64,000 nt of DNA from Oscillospiraceae bacterium (GTDB lineage Bacteria > Bacillota > Clostridia > Oscillospirales > CAG-272): contig SVQI01000008.1 of assembly GCA_015065455.1 (NCBI GenBank), positions 716-64,715 of the forward strand. Direction: 5' to 3'. The notes under the pieces are model-generated. The model saw only the letters and a list, made by a program, of their open reading frames with translations. It did not search any database and had not been told where the DNA came from. Numbering within the stretch: position 1 is the stretch's first letter; the number at the start of each line of letters is the position of its first letter. This document shows, in pieces, positions 36,537 through 45,146 of the stretch. The position numbers were made by a program, and so were the translations under genes.

Positions 36537-36755
36537 CTGCCAAAGGACGACGTTATTGAATTTGAAGGTACAGTGCTTGAGGCATTGCCTAACGCTACTT
36601 TCAAAGTACAGCTGCCCAATGGGCACACGGTTAATGCTCATATATCGGGAAAACTCAGAATGAATTATATCTGGATAGTACCGGGAGATAAGGTAACCGT
36701 AGAAGTTTCAGTATACGACCTTACAAAAGGACGTATAACCTGGCGAACGAAATAA
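36537..36755 (+). CDS. infA: translation initiation factor IF-1, with a non-AUG start
   Basis: [28 protein letters not shown]. The frame opens at 36522. The only candidate start codons are GTG 36528, ATT 36531 or 36534, and CTG 36537, all after GAAGGAG at 36521-36527. Confidence 0.9.
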   Translation: MPKDDVIEFEGTVLEALPNATFKVQLPNGHTVNAHISGKLRMNYIWIVPGDKVTVEVSVYDLTKGRITWRTK

Positions 36756-36787
36756 TTATACGCGTAAAGAAAGGACCGGTGTAAAAG

Positions 36788-36901
36788 ATGAAGGTCAAAC
36801 CCAGCGTAAAGAAAATATGTGAAAAATGCAAGATCATTAAGAGAAAAGGACACGTAATGGTCATTTGTGAAAACCCTAAGCACAAACAGAAACAAGGCTA
36901 A
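36788..36901 (+). CDS. rpmJ: 50S ribosomal protein L36
   Basis: This 37-aa ORF is not in the ORF track: [37 protein letters not shown]. Confidence 0.95.
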   Translation: MKVKPSVKKICEKCKIIKRKGHVMVICENPKHKQKQG

Positions 36902-36918
36902 AGAGGTGAAATAATAGA

Positions 36919-37287
36919 ATGGCACGTATAGCAGGTGTTGATATTCCAAATGCAAAACGCATCGAAATAGCTCTTACCTATATATATGGTATTGGTCGCA
37001 AAAGCGCAAACGACATCCTTGCAAAGACAGGCATTGACCCTGACAAGAGAGCAAAGGATCTCACAGAGGATGAAGTAGCAAAGCTTCGTGACGAAATTGA
37101 AAACAATTACAAAGTAGAAGGTGACCTCCACCGTGAAGTAGCACTTGACATCAAGAGATTGATCGAAATCAACTGCTACCGCGGTATCAGACACAGAAAA
37201 GGTCTCCCTGTCAGAGGTCAGCGTACAAAGACAAACGCGAGAACAAGAAAAGGCCCTGCAAAAACTATCGCAAATAAGAAGAAGTAA
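36919..37287 (+). CDS. rpsM: 30S ribosomal protein S13
   Basis: [26 protein letters not shown]. Confidence 0.97.
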   Translation: MARIAGVDIPNAKRIEIALTYIYGIGRKSANDILAKTGIDPDKRAKDLTEDEVAKLRDEIENNYKVEGDLHREVALDIKRLIEINCYRGIRHRKGLPVRGQRTKTNARTRKGPAKTIANKKK

Positions 37288-37305
37288 AGGAGTGTAATAC
37301 TTCAG

Positions 37306-37707
37306 ATGGCAAAAGCAGCATCAACTAAAAAGGTTGTAAGAAAACGCCGTGAGCGCAAGAACATTGAAAAGGGTGCAGCACACATTCGTGCAACCTTCAA
37401 TAACACAATCGTAACAATTTCCGATGTAAACGGCAACGCAGTATCTTGGGCATCTGCAGGCGAACTTGGTTTCAAGGGCTCAAAGAAGTCCACACCCTTC
37501 GCAGCACAGATGGCAGCAGAAACTGCAGCAAAAGCAGCTATGGAACACGGTATGAAGACCGTAGAAGTTTACGTAAAAGGCCCCGGCTCCGGCAGAGAAT
37601 CCGCAATACGTGCTCTTCAGGCAGTAGGTCTTGATATTACACTTATCAAAGACGTAACACCCATTCCCCATAATGGATGCAGACCGCCTAAGAGAAGACG
37701 TGTTTAA
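37306..37707 (+). CDS. rpsK: 30S ribosomal protein S11
   Basis: [30 protein letters not shown]. Confidence 0.97.
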   Translation: MAKAASTKKVVRKRRERKNIEKGAAHIRATFNNTIVTISDVNGNAVSWASAGELGFKGSKKSTPFAAQMAAETAAKAAMEHGMKTVEVYVKGPGSGRESAIRALQAVGLDITLIKDVTPIPHNGCRPPKRRRV

Positions 37708-37733
37708 TACGGAAACAGGAGGAAAAGTAATTT

Positions 37734-38360
37734 ATGGCTAGATATACAGGACCTGCGTGCAGACTTTGCCGCAGAGAAGGACAAAAGCTCTTTTTGAAGG
37801 GCGAACGTTGTATGTCAGATAAGTGCTCGGTTGCTCGCAGACCCGCAGCTCCCGGACAGCACGGTGCAAACAGCAAGAAGCTCAAGGAATACGGAATGCA
37901 GCTTCGTGAAAAGCAGAAGGCAAGAAGATACTACGGAGTGCTTGAAAATCAGTTTAAGCACTACTACGAAATTGCTGCAAAGCAGGAAGGTATTACCGGT
38001 GAAAATCTTCTTTCATTGCTCGAACGCCGTTTTGACAATGTAGTGTACAGAATGGGATTGGCAGAAAGCCGTAAGGAAGCTCGTCAGCTCGTTACACACG
38101 GACATTTTTCTATCAATGGCAAGAAGGCAAACGTTCCTTCTATAATCGTTAAACAGGGTGATGTAATTGCTCTCAGAGAGGGCGCTCGTTCATCAGAAAA
38201 GTTTAAGGGCTTGATGGAAGCAATGGAAAGCAACAACGCTCCTAAATGGCTTGAAGTAGATAACAGTGCTGTATCAGCAAAGGTTATTGCTCTGCCTAAG
38301 AGAGACGATATTGACTTCCCGTTCGAAGAACAGCTCATCGTAGAGTTGTACTCAAAGTAA
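37734..38360 (+). CDS. rpsD: 30S ribosomal protein S4
   Basis: [26 protein letters not shown]. Confidence 0.97.
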   Translation: MARYTGPACRLCRREGQKLFLKGERCMSDKCSVARRPAAPGQHGANSKKLKEYGMQLREKQKARRYYGVLENQFKHYYEIAAKQEGITGENLLSLLERRFDNVVYRMGLAESRKEARQLVTHGHFSINGKKANVPSIIVKQGDVIALREGARSSEKFKGLMEAMESNNAPKWLEVDNSAVSAKVIALPKRDDIDFPFEEQLIVELYSK

Positions 38361-38432
38361 AACAGCACCTCCGCACACATAGCCGGAAAAGAAAACCGGT
38401 GAACACACAAAATTTACAGGAGGATAATTGTT

Positions 38433-39383
38433 ATGATCGAAATAGAAAAGCCCAATATTTCCACGATAAACTTAAGCGAAGACGGTTCAAAAGGTAAATT
38501 TATCATTGAACCTCTTGAAAGAGGATATGGAACAACACTCGGCAACTCACTTCGCAGAGTCTTGCTCAGCTCACTTCCCGGTGTAGCAGTAGTAAGCGTA
38601 AAGATTGACGGTGTGCTCCACGAAATTTCAACTATTCCCGGTGTTACCGAAGACGTTACGAATATTATTCTTAACATTAAAGGTATCACAGCAAAGCTTA
38701 ACTCACAGGGTGCAAAGACCGTAGTTCTTGACGTAACAGGACCTATGGACGTTACCGCAGGAGATATTAAGCAGGATGCGGATATTGAAATTTTAAATCC
38801 TGACCATCATATTGCAACAGTCAGCGAAAATACCCGTTTGTATATGGAACTTACATTCGACCACGGACGTGGTTACGTTTCTCAGGAAAAGAACAAGCAG
38901 AACAACCAGTCTGTAATCGGTGTTATATACACAGATTCCATTTACACACCCGTATATAACGTTAACTACACTGTTGAAAACACACGTGTAGGAAACATTA
39001 CTGACTACGATAAGCTTACCCTCGAGGTATTGACTAACGGTACTATCAGTGCTAAAGAGGCAATCTCCCTCGGTGCCAAGATACTCAACGAGCATCTCAA
39101 TCTGTTCGTAGACTTGTCAGACGAGCCTATGAAGGCAGATATATTGGTTGAACGCGAAGAAACAATCAGAGAAAAGGTTCTTGAGATGACCATTGAGGAG
39201 CTTGAACTTTCCGTAAGAAGCTTCAACTGTTTGAAGCGCGCAAGCATTGATACGGTTCAGGATTTGACTAACCGTACGGAAGAGGACATGATTAAGGTCA
39301 GAAACCTCGGCAAGAAATCGCTTGAAGAAGTTATTCAAAAATTACACTCACTCGGACTCGACCTCAAGAAAGAGGAAGACTGA
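38433..39383 (+). CDS. rpoA: DNA-directed RNA polymerase subunit alpha
   Basis: 316 aa. [20 protein letters not shown]-terminal domain [15 protein letters not shown]. Confidence 0.97.
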   Translation: MIEIEKPNISTINLSEDGSKGKFIIEPLERGYGTTLGNSLRRVLLSSLPGVAVVSVKIDGVLHEISTIPGVTEDVTNIILNIKGITAKLNSQGAKTVVLDVTGPMDVTAGDIKQDADIEILNPDHHIATVSENTRLYMELTFDHGRGYVSQEKNKQNNQSVIGVIYTDSIYTPVYNVNYTVENTRVGNITDYDKLTLEVLTNGTISAKEAISLGAKILNEHLNLFVDLSDEPMKADILVEREETIREKVLEMTIEELELSVRSFNCLKRASIDTVQDLTNRTEEDMIKVRNLGKKSLEEVIQKLHSLGLDLKKEED

Positions 39384-39443
39384 GAACCGAAGGTTTGAGT
39401 ATATCGCTCATTTAATTGAAATGTAAGAAGGAGGTCCCTTACA

Positions 39444-39905
39444 ATGCCAGGAACCAGAAAACTCGGCAGACCTACTGCTCACAGACAAGCGATGTTAAGA
39501 GGAATGGTGACCTATCTCTTGGAGAACGGCTCCATTGAAACAACTCTTACCAGAGCTAAAGAAGTACGTAGCTTGACCGAAAAAATGATTACACTCGGCA
39601 AGAAGAATACTCTTGCTGCTAAGAGAGCTACTATGGCTTTCATTACAAAGGAAGACGTAGTTAAAAAGCTTTTTGATACTATAGCTCCCGAATATGCAGA
39701 CAGAAACGGTGGTTATACCCGTATGTACAAATTGGGTCCCCGCCGCGGTGACGGAGCAGAAATGGCTCTTATAAAGCTTGTTGCTGACGAACAGGAAGCA
39801 GCTAAAGAAGCTAAGAAAGAGACAAAGAAGAAAGCTGCAAAGGTTGAAGAAGTTAAGGCTGAAGAAGTTGTAGCTGAAGCAACCGAAGAAACCAAAGCAG
39901 AATAA
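39444..39905 (+). CDS. rplQ: 50S ribosomal protein L17, with a Lys/Glu/Ala-rich C-terminal tail
   Basis: [16 protein letters not shown]. 153 aa. Confidence 0.96.
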   Translation: MPGTRKLGRPTAHRQAMLRGMVTYLLENGSIETTLTRAKEVRSLTEKMITLGKKNTLAAKRATMAFITKEDVVKKLFDTIAPEYADRNGGYTRMYKLGPRRGDGAEMALIKLVADEQEAAKEAKKETKKKAAKVEEVKAEEVVAEATEETKAE

Positions 39906-40005
39906 TTGTTTTGTAAAGAAAAAGGGGACTCATATTTTTGTGTGGGTCCCCCTATCTTTAATTAATAAGACCGATCGTGTGACATCCAAGAAGGAGGGTG
40001 TTTTT

Positions 40006-41883
40006 ATGTCGAATAAAGAAAATATAAACAAGGGCGGAATATCAGTTGAGACGGAACATATATTTCCCATTATAAAAAAGTGGCTTTATTCGGAAAAGGA
40101 GATATTTCTCCGCGAGATAGTAAGTAATGCAAGTGATGCCGTAACCAAGCTGAAAAGACTTATTTCTTTGGGCAAGGTTAAGGATATTGAAGATGAATTT
40201 AAGATAACCGTAACACTTAATAAAGACGAAAAGACGTTAACAGTCAGTGATAACGGCATAGGCATGACTCTTGATGAAGTCAAAAACTATATTTGCCAGA
40301 TAGCTCTTTCAGGAGCTCTTGATTTTATTAAAGAATACGAAGGCGAGGACGGTTCAAAGAACGGTATAATCGGACATTTCGGTCTCGGTTTTTATTCCTC
40401 GTTTATGGTAAGTGATACTGTTGACGTTATAACAAAGTCATATACCGGTTCTCCCGCAGTAAAATGGGTTTGTAATGAAGCGGGCGAATACGAAATATTT
40501 GAAAACGTTGAAAAGGACTGCCGCGGAACAGACGTCGTTATGCATATCAGCGATGCTGAGGCAGAGTTTTTATCCGAAAACAAGATCAGAGAGATTTTGA
40601 ATAAATATTGCTCCTTTATGCCCGTTGAGATATATTTTGTAAACGAGGGCGACGAGCACAAATGTAACCACGAACACAACGGCGAAGAATGTGACTGTGA
40701 GCACGAAAATGAGCCGATAAATGATACAACACCTTTATGGCAGAAGTTGCCGTCTGAGTGCGAAGAGAGCGAATATAATGAATTTTATAAGAAGGTTTTC
40801 TCCGATTTCAGAGAGCCGTTGTTCCATATTCATATAAACGCTGACTATCCGCTCAATTTTAAGGGTATATTGTACTTCCCCAGAATCAACCACGAATATG
40901 ATAGTCTTGAAGGACAGGTTAAATTATACTATAATCAGGTTTTTGTGGCTGATAATATAAAGGAAGTTATTCCCGAATTTATGCTTATGCTTAAAGGCGT
41001 ACTTGATTGTCCGGAATTACCTCTTAACGTATCAAGAAGCTATCTTCAGAACAGTGCTTACGTATCAAAAATGTCAGCGCATATCGTTAAAAAGGTTGCA
41101 GATAAGCTGAACGGTATGTTTACAAACGAGCGCGAAAAATACGAATCTCTTTGGGACGATATAAAGATGTTCATTGAATACGGCTGTATGAGAGACCGTA
41201 AGTTCTATGACAGAGCAAAAGGAAGTTTACTGTTTGCTTTGACTGACGGCAGACACGTTACAGTTGACGAATATCTTGAAAAGGCAAAAGAGAAAAATGA
41301 GAATACCGTTTACTATGCAACGGATAAGACGGTACAGGCTCAGTATATTTCACTCTTTAATGCTCAGGGGATTGAAATTGCCCTTCTTGACAAGGTTATA
41401 GATACCTCGTTTATGGGTATGCTTGAGCAGGACAGAAATATTAAATTTGTAAGAGTTGACGCAGACATTGAAGCTTTGAAGGGCGACGGCGAGGTTTTCG
41501 AAAATGAAGATTTAGCAAAGCTGTTCAAGGAAGTAAGCAAAAACGAAAAGCTTAACGTCAAATTTGAAGCGTTGGCAGAAGCTAAAACACCCGCTCTTTT
41601 GAATATATCCGAGGATTCGAGAAGAATGGAAGATATGATGAAGTTCTATGCAGCGCATGGCGGTATGGAAGAAATGAACATTCCGACAGAATCTACACTG
41701 GTGCTTAATACAGAGAGCGCGCTTATAAAGAAGCTTTGCAATGATACCCAAAGTGAAAAGGCTAAGATTATAGCGCATCAGGTGTATATGTTGGCGCTTC
41801 TTGCGCAAAGACAGTTGTCTGCGGACGAGTTGCAGGAATTTTTGTGCGACAGCTTTAAGCTACTTGAAAATAATATAGACTAA
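40006..41883 (+). CDS. htpG: molecular chaperone HtpG (Hsp90)
   Basis: IFLRELVSNASDA-type N-terminus (EIFLREIVSNASDAVTKL) and GHFGLGFYSSFMV. AAGGAGG RBS before the ATG at 40006. Confidence 0.93.
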   Translation: MSNKENINKGGISVETEHIFPIIKKWLYSEKEIFLREIVSNASDAVTKLKRLISLGKVKDIEDEFKITVTLNKDEKTLTVSDNGIGMTLDEVKNYICQIALSGALDFIKEYEGEDGSKNGIIGHFGLGFYSSFMVSDTVDVITKSYTGSPAVKWVCNEAGEYEIFENVEKDCRGTDVVMHISDAEAEFLSENKIREILNKYCSFMPVEIYFVNEGDEHKCNHEHNGEECDCEHENEPINDTTPLWQKLPSECEESEYNEFYKKVFSDFREPLFHIHINADYPLNFKGILYFPRINHEYDSLEGQVKLYYNQVFVADNIKEVIPEFMLMLKGVLDCPELPLNVSRSYLQNSAYVSKMSAHIVKKVADKLNGMFTNEREKYESLWDDIKMFIEYGCMRDRKFYDRAKGSLLFALTDGRHVTVDEYLEKAKEKNENTVYYATDKTVQAQYISLFNAQGIEIALLDKVIDTSFMGMLEQDRNIKFVRVDADIEALKGDGEVFENEDLAKLFKEVSKNEKLNVKFEALAEAKTPALLNISEDSRRMEDMMKFYAAHGGMEEMNIPTESTLVLNTESALIKKLCNDTQSEKAKIIAHQVYMLALLAQRQLSADELQEFLCDSFKLLENNID

Positions 41884-41901
41884 TCTTTTGTATAAAGGAA
41901 T

Positions 41902-42834
41902 GTGTATATGGGATCTATTGAAGAGAAAAATCTGAAAATAGACGAAAATTTAAAAGATATTGATATTTGTATTTCAAACTGTCTTGAAAAAAGAATAGCG
42001 CACGTGTCCGAGAAAGCAGAAATAATCGGGTTGTGCGACAGTGATGACTTCAGAGAGAAATATGAAAAAATATTTCTCTGCCAAAAGGATTTGCCGAATA
42101 TTCTTGACGAAAACAATAAATATGTTTTATCTGTAAAAAATACTATAAATATGCTTGACCGAATAAAATGTGTTGAGTATGTTTCTACTGAAGATAAAGT
42201 AAAACTGTTTGACGATGAGCCTGATACAGTGTTTGAAACGAACACGGTGGTATATCTGAAAAATCCGCTTGCAGATATTGCATTCAACAAGTTTTCAAAA
42301 TGTCTTGATGATGCAAGAGTCATATACGAAGAATCGTTTGCAGAGGTTTGCGAAGAGGTATATTACAGCCGTCAGCCCTACTGTATATTACCTGTTGAAA
42401 ATTCCGAGGACGGAAGACTTTCGGGATTTGGTAATATGATTCGTAAATATGAGCTTAAGATCGTTTTGACCTGCAACGTTGAAAGCGCAAACGGAAGAGT
42501 AACGAAATTTGCCCTTTTAAAAAGAGAACTGACGCGTATCGATTGCCCCGATTATTTAAACGAGGGGGAATATCTTGAGATAGGATTTAACTTTGGAGAA
42601 GAAGAAAAATTAGGCGCCGTGCTTGAGGCTGCAAGTTTTTTTGGATATAAGTTGAATAAGGTTGATTCACTACCCATATACTATTCAGAAAAAGAATATT
42701 ATTTTGATATTGTATTTAAAGGAAACGGAAAGCTCAAAAAGTTTTTGTTGTGGCTTGAGCTTGAAGTTCCAAGATACGAAATAATTGGAATATACACACA
42801 GATAGAGACAAACGGAAGGAGAACCGGAGGTTGA
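41902..42834 (+). CDS. hypothetical protein, divergent prephenate-dehydratase-like / ACT-like
   Basis: 310 aa. CILPVENSEDGRLSG resembles the PDT VPIENSxxG motif. The C-terminal 80 aa look ACT-like. The assignment is weak. Confidence 0.35.
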   Translation: MYMGSIEEKNLKIDENLKDIDICISNCLEKRIAHVSEKAEIIGLCDSDDFREKYEKIFLCQKDLPNILDENNKYVLSVKNTINMLDRIKCVEYVSTEDKVKLFDDEPDTVFETNTVVYLKNPLADIAFNKFSKCLDDARVIYEESFAEVCEEVYYSRQPYCILPVENSEDGRLSGFGNMIRKYELKIVLTCNVESANGRVTKFALLKRELTRIDCPDYLNEGEYLEIGFNFGEEEKLGAVLEAASFFGYKLNKVDSLPIYYSEKEYYFDIVFKGNGKLKKFLLWLELEVPRYEIIGIYTQIETNGRRTGG

Positions 42835-42836
42835 CT

Positions 42837-44558
42837 ATGGGAGATTATTTGAAGGAATACACGAGATGGAAGGAAAAAGAAGGGCTTGACGCTGACGTAA
42901 AAGAAGCTCTTTTAAAAATGGAATCAAACGACGATGAGAAAAAGATGTGGTTTTCGTCTGATATTTCATTTGGAACAGCGGGACTTCGCGGAATTATGAC
43001 CGCAGGAACAAATGCTATGAACGTTTATACTGTTGGCAGAGCAACGCAGGGAATGGCTGACCTTATAAACAGTATCGGCAAGGCAGACAGAGGTGTTGCC
43101 ATTTCGTACGATTGCCGTAATAATTCGGAGAGATTTGCAAAGGTATCTGCAGAGGTATTGGCAGCAAACGGAGTAAAGGCATATATATTTGAATCTTTAA
43201 GACCGACACCCGTTCTTTCTTTCGCCTTAAGAGAGCTTAACTGCATCGCGGGAATTAATATTACAGCATCCCACAATCCCAGCAAATATAACGGATATAA
43301 GGCTTATTGGGAGGATGGCGCTCAGCTTGCATCCGAAGAAGCAAAAATCGTTGCTGAATATATGAGCAAAACGGACATTTTTGATGACGTTAAGCGTATT
43401 GATTTTGATACAGCAGTAAAGAATGGCAAGATCGTTATAATTGGCAAAGAAATAGACGAAAAGTATTTGGAAAAAGTAAAAGAACAGGCAATATATCCCG
43501 AGTTGTTTGGAAAAGTTGCGGATTCTTTAAAGATAGTTTATACTCCACTTCACGGTACGGGCAGAGTGCTTGTTCCTGAGGTTTTAAAACAGTGCGGACT
43601 TAAACATCTGTATACGGTTGACAGCCAGATGGAGCCAAACGGAAACTTCCCCGGAACACCTAACCCCAACCCCGAATTCCCCGAGGTTTTTGAAGAGGGA
43701 ATTAAGCTTGCAGAAGACGTAAAGAGTGACCTTATTATTGCAACAGACCCCGATGCAGACAGAGTAGGTATCATGGTGCGTAAGAAGGACGGAACGTTTA
43801 CGACTCTTACAGGTAACCAGGTTGGCTCTCTTTTGCTTGATTATATTATTACTGCATACAGAGAAAAGGGAATAAAGCTTGAAAATCCTTACGCTGTAAA
43901 AACAATTGTTTCAACCGAGCTTGCAACAAAAATATGCAAGGAGAACGGCGTAAAGATTCATAACGTATTGACAGGCTTTAAGTTTATCGGAGAAGTAATA
44001 AAGAATTACGAAGCTAAAGGATACGGAGATTTTATGCTTGGCTTTGAAGAAAGCTACGGATATCTTAAAGGTACCTATGCAAGAGATAAGGACGCCGTTG
44101 TGGCAACTATGCTTATATGCGAAATGGCGGCATACTATATGCAGAAGAATATGACACTTTACGGTGCGTTGGTTGCGCTCTATGAAAAGTACGGTTACTA
44201 TTTTGAAGGTGTCAAGAGTATCCATATGGAAGGGCTTGATGGCAAAGAAAAGATGAATGCCTTTATGGAAAACCTTAGAACCAATCCCCCAAAAGAGCTT
44301 GGCGGTGTAAAGGTTATTTCTGTTCGTGATTACAGATCAGGGGTTATAACTGATGTTGAAACGGGCAAGACTGAGCCGACCGGACTTCCTTCATCTAACG
44401 TTTTGTACTTTGTTAATGAAAACGAGGACGTTGTTATCGTAAGACCTTCGGGCACAGAGCCGAAGTTAAAGCTTTATTTTCTTGTAAACGGAGAAACAGA
44501 GGAAAAAGCGAATATGGCATTGGCTGCCTGCAAGGAAACAATGCAGAGCTATTTATAA
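42837..44558 (+). CDS. phosphoglucomutase / phosphomannomutase family phosphosugar mutase
   Basis: TASHNPSKYNGYK active-site loop. About 573 aa. GGAGG RBS before the ATG at 42837. Confidence 0.9.
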   Translation: MGDYLKEYTRWKEKEGLDADVKEALLKMESNDDEKKMWFSSDISFGTAGLRGIMTAGTNAMNVYTVGRATQGMADLINSIGKADRGVAISYDCRNNSERFAKVSAEVLAANGVKAYIFESLRPTPVLSFALRELNCIAGINITASHNPSKYNGYKAYWEDGAQLASEEAKIVAEYMSKTDIFDDVKRIDFDTAVKNGKIVIIGKEIDEKYLEKVKEQAIYPELFGKVADSLKIVYTPLHGTGRVLVPEVLKQCGLKHLYTVDSQMEPNGNFPGTPNPNPEFPEVFEEGIKLAEDVKSDLIIATDPDADRVGIMVRKKDGTFTTLTGNQVGSLLLDYIITAYREKGIKLENPYAVKTIVSTELATKICKENGVKIHNVLTGFKFIGEVIKNYEAKGYGDFMLGFEESYGYLKGTYARDKDAVVATMLICEMAAYYMQKNMTLYGALVALYEKYGYYFEGVKSIHMEGLDGKEKMNAFMENLRTNPPKELGGVKVISVRDYRSGVITDVETGKTEPTGLPSSNVLYFVNENEDVVIVRPSGTEPKLKLYFLVNGETEEKANMALAACKETMQSYL

Positions 44559-44567
44559 ATAAAAAAC

Positions 44568-44590
44568 AGGGCGGATTAAAATTCCGCCCT
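44568..44590 (+). terminator. hairpin after the phosphosugar mutase gene
   Basis: AGGGCGGA-TTAAAAT-TCCGCCCT. The T run is weak. Confidence 0.5.
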
Positions 44591-44622
44591 AATTATTTGT
44601 TATAGTCAACACTTGTATTTAT

Positions 44623-44711
44623 AAAAGTTTTGAGGGAGTCAAGAGGGCACTTTTTCAAAAAGCACCTTTGGTGTGGGTTCGGGAGCGAAGCTCCTGACGT
44701 TCTGTGCTTCC
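44623..44711 (+). repeat. R1 repeat, full copy
   Basis: AAAAGTTTTGAGGGAGTCAAGAGGGCACTTTTTCAAAAAGCACC...GGTTCGGGAGCGAAGCTCCTGACGTTCTGTGCTTCC. Confidence 0.8.
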
Positions 44712-44731
44712 AGAAATAATCTCTCTTTTTA

Positions 44732-44789
44732 CCTCCATCTGACGAGGGAGGTGGCATTTTCGTTAGAAAATGACGGAGGGAGAGAAAAG
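44732..44789 (+). repeat. R3 unit, solo compact copy
   Basis: P1 is CCTCCATC-TGAC-GAGGGAGGTGGC. P2 is CATTTTC-GTTA-GAAAATG. The tail is GACGGAGGGAGAGAAAAG. Confidence 0.7.
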
Positions 44790-44805
44790 CAAACGTTTTA
44801 AACAG

Positions 44806-45010
44806 ATAATATTGTCTTTTCTTTTTTTACGTTACTTTCTTGCGTGCCAAGAAAGTAACCAAAGAAGGCACAAAGGGGAGAGGGAGTTCCGATCCTCCCC
44901 TCCCCTTGACCCCTCCCTTTCAAACGGCCGAGGGCGTTCCTCCCTCGGTACCCTCCCTTGTTCACAGAAATGGTATTGCCTGTTTTGTAGGGGCATTATA
45001 CGCCCGTTAT
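44806..45010 (+). repeat. R2 structured repeat, copy C
   Basis: Same 5' block as copies A and B. The long hairpin is at 44871-44908 with a different stem sequence that still pairs. Confidence 0.85.
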
Positions 45011-45044
45011 AAAATAAGCTTCAAATTTTTGTTTTTTTCGTTTG

Positions 45045-45093
45045 AAGTTTTTGGGGAGTTTAAGAGGGGCTTTTTTCAAAAAGCCTCTCTTAT
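45045..45093 (+). repeat. R1 repeat, short copy
   Basis: GAAGTTTTTGGGGAGTTTAAGAGGGGCTTTTTTCAAAAAGCCTCTCTT. Confidence 0.65.
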
Positions 45094-45146
45094 TAAAAAA
45101 CCACCTGCATCTTATTTGCAAGTGGTTTTCTTTTATCTATAAATTA

